Source: Candidatus Hodarchaeum mangrovi (GTDB lineage Archaea > Asgardarchaeota > Heimdallarchaeia > Hodarchaeales > Hodarchaeaceae). From it: a stretch of DNA of 13,446 nt. The stretch spans positions 1 through 13,446 of the forward strand of contig JAEOUE010000285.1 in the NCBI GenBank assembly GCA_016839515.1, given 5' to 3'. A program made the position numbers and the translations under genes. Shown here piece by piece: positions 1 through 7,490 of this stretch (position 1 is the first letter of the stretch; every line of letters begins with the position of its first letter). The notes beneath the pieces were generated by a model. It was given only the letters and a program-made list of their open reading frames with translations, did not search any database and was not told the origin of the DNA.

Positions 1-170
1 AAAGCAATACCATAATTTCCCCAAACGCTAGAATTTTTCTGAATGTCTTCATTTTTAAGAGCTTCTTCAAATTTTCGTTTTGCTTTAGCCCATTTATTTC
101 TTTTCAGAGCAAAAATTCCTGAATTCACCAGTTTAAACGGATCTTTTGCTTCTGTAATACGTGGGCTCAA
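1..170 (-). CDS. Tetratricopeptide-repeat protein, N-terminal part (runs off window start)
   Basis: Manual translation from TTG at 170 (in-frame TGA at 177-179 upstream): MSPRITEAKDPFKLVNSGIFALKRNKWAKAKRKFEEALKNEDIQKNSSVWGNYGIA. The G-x6-W-x2-A-x3-F-x2-AL and VWGNYGIA patterns fit TPR helices. Not in the ORF track. Confidence 0.7.
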   Translation of the reverse strand, partial: MSPRITEAKDPFKLVNSGIFALKRNKWAKAKRKFEEALKNEDIQKNSSVWGNYGIA

Positions 171-451
171 ATATATTCATCTCTAATATCTTTTAATGCG
201 AATGATACGCATTAATTATATTCTTTTAATTAGGAATTTAATAATTGAAGTGATCTTCGACAATTATCTTAATTTATTAATGAATTTTAAATGACCTGTT
301 AAAAAAAATTTCTTAAGTTGAGAAAATACAATTCTACTTTGGTGCACTAACATGTAAATGATTAACAAAAGGTACCTCTAGGAATAAATTTGTTAATACA
401 ACAAAATTTTTTTCTACCAGTTGATTTTATTGAAGAGTGAAGAGATAAAAA

Positions 452-890
452 ATGCTAATTAGAAACAGAATAATTGAACATCCAGTAAAATTATTTCTTT
501 TCATTACATTTATTTATTCTTAGACTGTTTGGATGTTTCTAATTTACCTTATTCAACAGAATATATTAGAATCAACCGTGTTTTCATTAGAAACTCTTAT
601 TTTTGTCTTTATCGGAGCTAGTGGTCTAATAATTGTTGTTTTTTGTATTTCTTTAGCGAAAAATAAAAGAATTAGTATAAAAAGCATATTATTGAAATGT
701 AAATTATGGAAATTCGGAATTTAATAGTATTTTATAATCATAATAATCCCACTAGGTATTAGATTTCTTGCTATTCTCATATATGCCATTTGAACACAGA
801 AATCTTTTCATTTTGACTTAGAAAATTGGTATTTATTCTTTTTTTCTTTCTATTTGTTATTTTTAGCTGTTCATTGACTGAAGAAGCCTT
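452..890 (+). pseudogene. Decayed CPBP-family (CAAX/Abi) intramembrane metalloprotease
   Basis: ATG 452 reads MLIRNRIIEHPVKLFLFITFIYS*TVW (TAG 521 at the usual SW Trp), continues through the 533..724 ORF, then WKFGI**YFIIIIIP (TAA 722/TAG 725 where K-W is expected), TGA 791, and after a frameshift SLTEE, like the GPLxEE motif. The rest is lost. Confidence 0.7.
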
Positions 891-1025
891 CAAAAAAGCT
901 CCAGCAATTGATCGGATCATTGTAATAGACAATTGCTTGTTATTTATGACCAGGAAAAAGAATTTGAAAAGTTAAGCTCCTTAATGCTTATAATTCTAAA
1001 CCAAAAATATTTTATAATTATAAAC

Positions 1026-1538
1026 TTATGGATCCAGAGCTAGAAGATTGTTAATCATATGCATAATCATTTTATGATGGCGTTTCTCATCTTCAACGAT
1101 TGTTTGGAGAATCACCTTTAAGCCTGTGTTGTCAATTTTTTTTAATAATTCTTCATGAGCATGGATCATTTCTTTTTCTAATTCTGCGTGGATTTCTAGC
1201 TCCTTTTTGGAAGCTACCTGACCGATATATTTATCTGCTAAATAATTCCATAAAATATCTGGAGACTCTGCTTGAAGTATGTCTTTCAAAGTTTTCAAGA
1301 TATAAGCATGTTTTATTGAATCCATGCGAATTTGATAGAACATTATTTGTGCACCTAGACTTTTCATTTCCTTCTCTTTCGCTTCACACATCTTAATATT
1401 TCTTAATTCTAACTCTCTGTGTTTTTCTAATGTTTCAATTAGTTTTTGTTGACTCAAAATAAATAACATCCTTGGTAATTGATTAATTTTAAATTTGTGG
1501 TCTTCAAACTTTTTCATAAATCCTTCTATTAAATTCAT
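1026..1538 (-). CDS. Ferritin-like (rubrerythrin-type four-helix bundle) protein
   Basis: Two repeated halves, HRELELRNI...RMDSIKHA and HAELEKEMI...EDEKRHH, carry E/D-x2-3-H ligands. The true start may be TTG 1457 (MSQQKLIETL, AAGGATG upstream). Confidence 0.75.
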   Translation of the reverse strand: MNLIEGFMKKFEDHKFKINQLPRMLFILSQQKLIETLEKHRELELRNIKMCEAKEKEMKSLGAQIMFYQIRMDSIKHAYILKTLKDILQAESPDILWNYLADKYIGQVASKKELEIHAELEKEMIHAHEELLKKIDNTGLKVILQTIVEDEKRHHKMIMHMINNLLALDP

Positions 1539-1866
1539 CTATTCGATAAATGTTGCACCAATCTTAAGGAACATAAAATAAGTCTTCTTAGAATTCATTG
1601 TAACTTAGAATTATCTACAGAATTAAAACGACAAAAAAATTAATGAAAAAAATTCAATTTCATTATCATTTTGATAAAAAATGTATTTGAAAACAGTTGA
1701 ATTGAATATCATATAACCAATATTAAGTGTGAATAGAAAACAAATGTCTGATAGCTAAAGAGAATTAAAGAAAAAATGAAAAAGAGTATATAAACTAGAA
1801 ATAGATACCTAAGTATTTACTTTTCAAAATCTAATCAATGGTTTACGACATTTTAAGGGGTTTTCA

Positions 1867-1897
1867 GTTTAAAAATAAGCTCTGTGCTTATTTAAAC
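1867..1897. terminator. Imperfect inverted repeat, possible terminator of the minus-strand Asp-box gene
   Basis: GTTTAAAAATAAGC-TCTGT-GCTTATTTAAAC (8-bp perfect core, 2-nt bulge), about 80 nt past the stop at 1980. Confidence 0.3.
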
Positions 1898-1979
1898 AAT
1901 TTAATATCTATTTGATAAATATTAGTATTAAAACTCTTCTTTCTATTTATTATCTAATTCTAGCCTTCTCTTTAGAAAT

Positions 1980-3404
1980 CTATCTTCTCCTTCTTAATTT
2001 AAATAAGAAAATAAGAGTTAATATTTGGAAAATACTCATTCTTAAAGAAATACTTTTATTAGTTGGATTTTCTGTCGATTTAATGCCATGAGCATAATAA
2101 ATATCCATTTCATCGTTTCTTCCATCTGACCACACAACATGGGGAACATCATTAGAGTCCATACGAATGGTGAAGTAATCTCCAGGTCTAGTATAAACGT
2201 TTGAGGTAGAAATTCCATTTGAAATATCTATTGGATTGTTAAATAAAGGTTCACCAGTCTGAGGAAACTGTAAGCTTCGGTAAAAAGGTTTGAATGATGA
2301 TCCTCCTTCATCATCATAATATACAATATGAAGGTTTCCTTGAGAATCTACAGCCATATCTGGTTGCCATTGATTTCCAACACTTTTAGGATTAACTTGA
2401 TGACGTTTACTCCAAGTTAAACCAAGATCATCAGAATATCGAAGATAAATGTCCCATAACCCATATGGTTCAAATTTTTCTGCCCATAAAACATATAATC
2501 TATCATTTTGATCAAACTGAAGTACAGGTAGAGAAGCTTTTGATGGATTTTGATCTGGAGAGCTTTCAAACGTGCTATTTTGTCCATCTTGGTTAATATC
2601 AATAGGGAAGGTGAAATTTTGTCCTTGATTATATGAAGAGGTGACAAAAATATCTCCCCATATGCCACTTGTAAACCAAAACCATGCTACAAATACATTG
2701 TTATTACGATCTGTAGTGATGTAAGGAGCAAGATGATCAAGGGGATATGATATAGAATCTGTTATGAGACTAATTTCATTAAAAGTATTTCCACCATCAT
2801 CTGAACGAGTTAATCGCACAAAGGTTGTTCCAGATGTCATGTTGATATCATCATAAACCACATATAATATTCCATCACTACTAGCTGTCATAGTTTCTTT
2901 GTCTGCAAACCCTATTCCATGACTAGCAGTTACAGGAGTCCATGTTTTACCATAATCTGTACTTTTTGCGACCGTTATTTGTGAAAATCCTTCCTCTAAA
3001 TCAAGAGAATATTCTAAATAGGCATAATACAGAGTTTCTGTCTCTTCATACCAAACTAACCAAGGATCGGATTGACCTGTATTAGGAATAAAGTTTGGCA
3101 TATTTAAAGGATCTGACCAGTTGACCCCATTATCAATTGATTTAGAGAAACTAACCCTGATCCCTGCCCCATTATGTGTGTTTGCATCTTTCCAACCAGT
3201 AAAAATAGTTCCATTTGCACTAACTGCTATTGTTGGTTCTACATGGTGTAGATATTTATCATCATCTCTTGACAATAATATATTTTCGGAAAAATCGATA
3301 ATCAAGGATGATTTTTCATTAGCAATAATAGTATTTATTTGAGGTATCGTTAAGCAAAAGATTAGTAAAAAAACCTTTTTTTTCACTGATTTCACCTTTT
3401 TCAA
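1980..3404 (-). CDS. Secreted, C-terminally anchored BNR/Asp-box beta-propeller (sialidase-like family)
   Basis: N-terminal KK + hydrophobic signal; five Asp boxes (SIDNGVNW, STDYGKTW, SDDGGNTF, SYNQGQNF, SDDLGLTW); S/T/N linker, hydrophobic helix and KLRRRR end. Confidence 0.85.
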   Translation of the reverse strand: MKKVKSVKKKVFLLIFCLTIPQINTIIANEKSSLIIDFSENILLSRDDDKYLHHVEPTIAVSANGTIFTGWKDANTHNGAGIRVSFSKSIDNGVNWSDPLNMPNFIPNTGQSDPWLVWYEETETLYYAYLEYSLDLEEGFSQITVAKSTDYGKTWTPVTASHGIGFADKETMTASSDGILYVVYDDINMTSGTTFVRLTRSDDGGNTFNEISLITDSISYPLDHLAPYITTDRNNNVFVAWFWFTSGIWGDIFVTSSYNQGQNFTFPIDINQDGQNSTFESSPDQNPSKASLPVLQFDQNDRLYVLWAEKFEPYGLWDIYLRYSDDLGLTWSKRHQVNPKSVGNQWQPDMAVDSQGNLHIVYYDDEGGSSFKPFYRSLQFPQTGEPLFNNPIDISNGISTSNVYTRPGDYFTIRMDSNDVPHVVWSDGRNDEMDIYYAHGIKSTENPTNKSISLRMSIFQILTLIFLFKLRRRR

Positions 3405-3477
3405 AGGATTGGAGAAGTATCTTTTTTAAAAGTGTAATATAGAGGCAAATGTGTAGTAAAATTCATTAAATGCTTGA

Positions 3478-3694
3478 AAAAAGAGATGATCAAATTTGAT
3501 TTACTAATTATGATTGAAGAAGCAATTTTCTGTATGTTACCGTTTGTCAACTGATGTTGAAGGCTTTATTTTTATTGTAATTCAAGCATGAAACACATCC
3601 TGAAGCTACATTAGCTGATAGAAAAGCAATTTGTATTTCACACGGGTTCATTTGGAATTGTCTCTATATTTGAAAATTCCTTTCAATTACTCAC
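3478..3694 (-). pseudogene. Decayed DsrE-family sulfur-relay protein
   Basis: Starts at a GTG overlapping the repaired tusA stop (GTGA, 3691-3694). Across frames: SN*KEFSNIETIPNEP / IQIAFLSANVA / GCVSCL / QLTNGNIQKIASSIIISKSNLIISF. These match the DsrE N-terminal helix, CxxC and the C-terminal strand, with stops, frameshifts and an internal deletion. Confidence 0.5.
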
Positions 3695-3943
3695 TTTTTT
3701 GTTTTTCTTACTAAAAAACCGAATCCTCCATCTGGACGAGGTTCCTTTTTGGATTAACTCATGACCAGTATTTCGAATCATTGCTGGAATGCAGAGGGGG
3801 CTCATCAAAGCATTTGTTTCAATTTCGATTATTTGACCAATTTCAAGTCCTTTTATTGCTTTGTATGCTTCTATAGCAGTTACGGGGCATCTTATACCGT
3901 CTAAATTTAATTTTTGATGAATCTTAGTATTGCTTTTTTCCAT
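3683..3943 (-). pseudogene. tusA: TusA/SirA-family sulfur carrier, probably frameshifted near the C-terminus
   Basis: LNLDGIRCPVT...AIKGLEIGQIIEIET...IPAMIRNTGHELI is a typical TusA fold, but has CPVT instead of CPxP. Removing one A from the A5 run (plus-strand T5, 3746-3750) gives the TusA-like end QKEPRPDGGFGFLVRKTKK* (TGA 3691-3693). Confidence 0.7.
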
Positions 3944-4017
3944 TTTTTTGTTTATCCTGACTTTAACTTTGGGGCATTTTAGTCTTATCTAGGGATAAAT
4001 TTAAACTTCTATATATA

Positions 4018-4225
4018 TTGAGAAATCAAGTTTCAAAGAATTTTGAAATCGTTCTCATAGAAACCAAGAGATTGCAACAGGAATCATTTCTTGCATTTTC
4101 GGTTTTTCAAGTAGAATTTCTTGCTTATTTTATTGAAATAATGATGAAAAATAATATAATTGATTAGATAGAAGAGGCAGCGTTGATCAAAATGAGGTTG
4201 ATATGGTTAAAATTTATGGTATATA
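4018..4225 (+). pseudogene. Decayed archaeal wHTH regulator (COG3355/TrmB-like, Cx5C type), divergent from tusA
   Basis: Across frameshifts: SKNFEIVLIETKR / DC / TGIISCIFGF / QVEFLAYFI ... LDRRGSV. This resembles the C-x5-C-x-F/Y-G-L-S-x2-E/D-x3-Y N-terminus of this family as I recall it. Confidence 0.5.
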
Positions 4226-4247
4226 ATGTTACCTTTCTAATAATTCC

Positions 4248-4553
4248 TCAAAAATTTGAGATAGCAGCTAGTTTGTCTTCCATTTTTCTAGGTTTATCCC
4301 GACGATCATCAATACGAATTTGAGTAATAACTCGTGAGGCACCAGCTTTAATAACAGCTTCATGAGCAAGTTTTGTTACTTCAAAAACCTGATCGAGTGT
4401 GTCTACTTCAATCACCGTTCCCATGGGATGATGGAAAACCCTAATATCTGGATGTTTATTAATTTCCTCAATAGCTGTTTTTACAAACCTACTCAAGCTA
4501 GTTCCTACACCAATAGGAGAAGTAGTGATTTCAGCAATAATTTTAGTTTTCAT
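4248..4553 (-). CDS. MTH1187/YqgV-family thiamine-binding protein
   Basis: AEITTSPIGVGTSLSRFV...HPMGTVIE...LAHEAV...RVITQIRIDDRRDK, the characteristic family pattern. Confidence 0.92.
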   Translation of the reverse strand: MKTKIIAEITTSPIGVGTSLSRFVKTAIEEINKHPDIRVFHHPMGTVIEVDTLDQVFEVTKLAHEAVIKAGASRVITQIRIDDRRDKPRKMEDKLAAISNF

Positions 4554-4686
4554 ATTTACTCACAAACCATCAATCAACTATAACATTATAAAACACTTAC
4601 TTCTTGTAATCAAAATTATTAATTGACTTTTGCATCCGTTCCAAAGATTTTATTCCTGATCTGCGATAATTATGAGCTCTAAACCT

Positions 4687-6045
4687 TTATGATCGATCCA
4701 AAACTGATTGGAGAATGTTCAAGAGTTCTTCTAGATCTTCTCTACTGATATAACGATCCTGTGATCTGTGAAGCATTGCATTTCGTCTTAAACGAATTTT
4801 CTTCAACGTTCGATTCTCTTGAGTAGTTAATAGCTTCTCCCGTAATAATGTATCAACAATTGATGGCCATGATTGATCTTCTTTTGGATAAACACTTCTT
4901 TTCCATAAAAGATTTCTAAATAAACCCTCAATCGACCGCCATGAGAAAAGAAAAGTCGATATATGTTCGTCATTGGAAATTTCATCCCAGATTTCTAATT
5001 TTTTTCTTGCGTACAAAATATCAATTTTAATTGACTCAGTTTCTTCTTCAGAATCAACTATTTCTTCAATAGCATCTGTGACTCCTTGACCTAAATAAAA
5101 TTGTAATTCTAGTTCCTTTTTCTTTTTTGGAGGCAAATCTAAATGATTAAGCATCGAAGAATATTGCTCTAAAACTAAACTCCGAGTAATCTCTTTTCTG
5201 GAAAAATCATGCAATTCTTCTTTGATATGAGCTTCAATAAATTCTAAATATAATTTTGCGACTAAATCCCAATTCGAGGCTAATTTACTACCAATTTTAT
5301 CAACTAAAGGAAATCTCCGGATTGAATCTAGCTCTAAATTTCTAGTTTTCACTCTGAGATTTTCAATATCAGACGTTGAAGAAAGATTATAGCTTGTCAA
5401 TTGAATTAAATGTTGGAGTTGTCTTCTAGTGTGTCGAAATAATACAAACGAAAGAAACGTAAGTGATAAAAAGAGTAGAGCAAAAATAATGACGTTAATC
5501 GGAGTGGTAATCTGATCCATGTAAAAAAAGTCAAAATCAATCGAGTTAAATGCTAAATACAGAATAATTAGAAGATTTAAAAAATTAATTAACCCAAAAC
5601 TTAGAGACAGAAGAAAAAGAACCTCTCTGAAAGAAAGCATTCGCTGATTAGCTACGTGCTCCTCACGGATAAAAAAAGAATCAATATAACCTCTTCGGAA
5701 CAATTTAAGCAGTTCTGGTATTAATTCATCTTGAATACTTGTATGCAGTTGTTTAAGTAATACTGGATCTAAATCAATATCTTTCAATAGAAATATTTCA
5801 TCAATATTTTTTATAAGAGCTTCTGAATATACCTGATTAACTCCTGAAAGTCTATAAATAAGATAAGGACTGTAGATATAGACAAAATAGACAGGGAAAA
5901 TGAAAATAATCCCAGGGAGAAATAAGAATAATTGAACCTCATTTTGAGTAAAAAATAAATAGGATTGAATAAGAGTAATTTCATAAAAAACTGGAAGAAT
6001 AATTCCTAAGATAAATCTACTTTCACGGAGACTCATTTTTTTCAC
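4687..6045 (-). CDS. Multi-pass membrane protein with C-terminal HEPN-like domain
   Basis: About four hydrophobic helices in the first ~205 aa and a helical linker. The last ~95 aa have SWRSIEGLFR, LLREKLLT, IRLRRNAMLH (R-x4-H, nt 4768-4785) and a final helix ISREDLEELL. Start GTG 6045 or ATG 6036. Confidence 0.7.
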   Translation of the reverse strand: MKKMSLRESRFILGIILPVFYEITLIQSYLFFTQNEVQLFLFLPGIIFIFPVYFVYIYSPYLIYRLSGVNQVYSEALIKNIDEIFLLKDIDLDPVLLKQLHTSIQDELIPELLKLFRRGYIDSFFIREEHVANQRMLSFREVLFLLSLSFGLINFLNLLIILYLAFNSIDFDFFYMDQITTPINVIIFALLFLSLTFLSFVLFRHTRRQLQHLIQLTSYNLSSTSDIENLRVKTRNLELDSIRRFPLVDKIGSKLASNWDLVAKLYLEFIEAHIKEELHDFSRKEITRSLVLEQYSSMLNHLDLPPKKKKELELQFYLGQGVTDAIEEIVDSEEETESIKIDILYARKKLEIWDEISNDEHISTFLFSWRSIEGLFRNLLWKRSVYPKEDQSWPSIVDTLLREKLLTTQENRTLKKIRLRRNAMLHRSQDRYISREDLEELLNILQSVLDRS

Positions 6046-6147
6046 GTTATTTGTACTATTTTATGAACTATAAAAATATATTATTCCTAAGAATAATAAT
6101 TATTCAATGAATAGAAATATAATGTTATTTTAACAAAATTAGGTATA

Positions 6148-6485
6148 ATGTAAATAAGTACTGAACATTAGTCTCCAGTTTTTAAGCAGATTAAAACGCG
6201 ATTGGTTGAGCTTATATTTCTAGGAGATGTCCTCCTAGAATATCCATGGCCCCAAATGTAACGGAAAGAGTGGTTAAATTTAAACGGATTTTGGTACAAT
6301 AATAATCATAAACAAAAAAGCAAAAAGCAATGGATATTCCTCCTATATGCTTCCAACGATCTGAAAAGAAATCATTGGTAGTTTAGAGAGATAAAATTAG
6401 TCATTGAATGAAAAATATCAGTTAGTCTCGAGATCCCTTGCACAAATGATATATTTTAAATTTTGGTTCAGCTCATTATAATAAC
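6148..6485 (+). pseudogene. Decayed glycoside hydrolase family 2 (beta-galactosidase/glucuronidase-like) N-terminus
   Basis: One frame from ATG 6148: M*ISTEH*SPVFKQIKTRLVELIFLGDVLLEYPWPQM*RKEWLNLNGFWYN, matching the W-x-P...IKTRW...PEYPRPQMxRxxWxNLNGxW GH2 start. A later fragment ILNFGSAHY resembles LHFGAVDY. Confidence 0.78.
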
Positions 6486-6503
6486 GTAATAGAAAGGAGA
6501 ATC

Positions 6504-7094
6504 ATGAAAATTATGTCTAGTAATATTGCTCAGAAAAGATATATGCCAAAAAAGGTTTGGTTAATCTGGTATCTGTCTTTAACTCTTATTTTTCTCCTAC
6601 CAATAATGGATAATATGAATAATATTGCAGGAGTTTATTCATCTGTTTTAATTTCCTTTATTTTTAGTTTACAATGGGGGTTTCACTTTCTCATTGGATT
6701 ACTAGTTTTTGTGACGGATTTTGTGACTGGTAGGTCATCCTTCTACCACATTCAATTAACTGCCTTCTATTTTTCTGTAATTATTAGTTTTATTTTTTAT
6801 AACGTGGGACTATTGATAGTAAAATTTTATAATCAGAGACAAATTTCACATAATAAAATTTCATATTATTTATCTGGAATGTTGTTTCTATTCATTGTTG
6901 TTCCCCTAACTTGTTTTTTAACAATCCAGTTTGCTGAAATGCCCTTATCAGAACCTCCAGTTTCATTATTTTATGATTTAACTGAATTATTACCATTAAT
7001 ATTAATTTTTACTTCAATTTTTTTCTTGGTATTCCTTGGAAGTTGTATTTTAGTTTTTGATTTCTATAAAAAAGCACAAGAGAGAGGGAAGTAA
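6504..7094 (+). CDS. Hypothetical integral membrane protein (about 5 TM helices)
   Basis: 196-aa ORF preceded by AAGGAG; mostly hydrophobic segments; no family recognised. Confidence 0.7.
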   Translation: MKIMSSNIAQKRYMPKKVWLIWYLSLTLIFLLPIMDNMNNIAGVYSSVLISFIFSLQWGFHFLIGLLVFVTDFVTGRSSFYHIQLTAFYFSVIISFIFYNVGLLIVKFYNQRQISHNKISYYLSGMLFLFIVVPLTCFLTIQFAEMPLSEPPVSLFYDLTELLPLILIFTSIFFLVFLGSCILVFDFYKKAQERGK

Positions 7095-7114
7095 AAAATC
7101 CTATAGGATGTATG

Positions 7115-7162
7115 AGAAGAAATAAAAAAAAGAAAAGAGGGAGAAAAACCTTGTTACAGGTT
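7115..7162 (-). terminator. Histone gene terminator: short hairpin plus U-rich tract
   Basis: Minus strand, 7 nt after TAA: AACCT-GTAACA-AGGTT, then TTTCTCCCTCTTTTCTTTTTTTT. Convergent with the 6504..7094 gene. Confidence 0.55.
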
Positions 7163-7169
7163 ATCTGCC

Positions 7170-7373
7170 TTATTTGGAAGCGGCTAATTTAATGTCGCTT
7201 TCTTTGACTGTCTTTCGACCAGAATGACGGGCAATTTCAACTGCATATTTGGCAATTTCCATACCCTTGTTGGTCAAGACTTCATTAAGGCGGTCAATCG
7301 CGTCAGCAGAGACACGATGGGCCCCAGCATTACGAATTAGTTTTTCTACACGAGCACGTGCAAAACCAGACAT
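7170..7373 (-). CDS. Archaeal histone (HMfA/HMfB family, tail-less)
   Basis: 67 aa with VEKLIRNAGAHRVSADA, EIARHSGRKTVKESDIKLA: L1 RVS, L2 RKTV and the His/Asp four-helix-bundle residues. SD AGGTGA at 7381-7386. Confidence 0.97.
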   Translation of the reverse strand: MSGFARARVEKLIRNAGAHRVSADAIDRLNEVLTNKGMEIAKYAVEIARHSGRKTVKESDIKLAASK

Positions 7374-7380
7374 ATTCTTT

Positions 7381-7490
7381 TCACCTTTTCTCCGTAAAGT
7401 TGTATGTGAGTAGTTTTTCTCTCACTGATGTAGCTTAGTTTTCTTCTCCTTTATAAAGTTTGCTCTACTGTGGGTGAGTGGTTACTCACT
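7381..7490 (-). promoter_or_regulatory. Histone promoter: TATA box, flanking GTGAG inverted repeats and SD
   Basis: CTTTATAAAG at 7449-7458 with purine-rich AGAGCAAA (BRE-like) upstream; GTGAGT-N4-ACTCAC palindrome at 7474-7489; GTGAG-N10-CTCAC at 7406-7425; SD AGGTGA 7 nt before ATG. Confidence 0.6.

Noticed and set aside
903-937. Inverted repeat AGCAATTG-N19-CAATTGCT
   Set aside because: Single 8-bp repeat built on a self-palindromic core; no supporting context.
1100-1396. 98-aa plus-strand ORF
   Set aside because: Antisense shadow of the ferritin-like gene; no motifs.
2417-3342. ORFs 2417..2668 (-) and 3121..3342 (+)
   Set aside because: Nested in the Asp-box gene, alternate frame or antisense, with no recognisable features.
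4019-4105. SECIS element serving tusA/dsrE
   Set aside because: The k-turn has the opposite orientation to eukaryote-like SECIS (UGA should be on the 5-prime arm), and no in-frame TGA sits at a catalytic Cys position nearby.
4141-4186. C/D box sRNA starting at ATGATGA
   Set aside because: Candidate D boxes are TTGA rather than CTGA, one guide is A/T only and the other just 7 nt.
4362-4583. 73-aa plus-strand ORF
   Set aside because: Antisense to the MTH1187 gene.
521-6171. In-frame TAG codons (521, 725, 1539-1541, 6169) as pyrrolysine or amber recoding
   Set aside because: The same relics also contain TAA/TGA stops and frameshifts, the TAGs sit at apparent Trp positions, and intact genes (ending 1980 and 9559) use TAG as a stop. 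No pyl genes are present.
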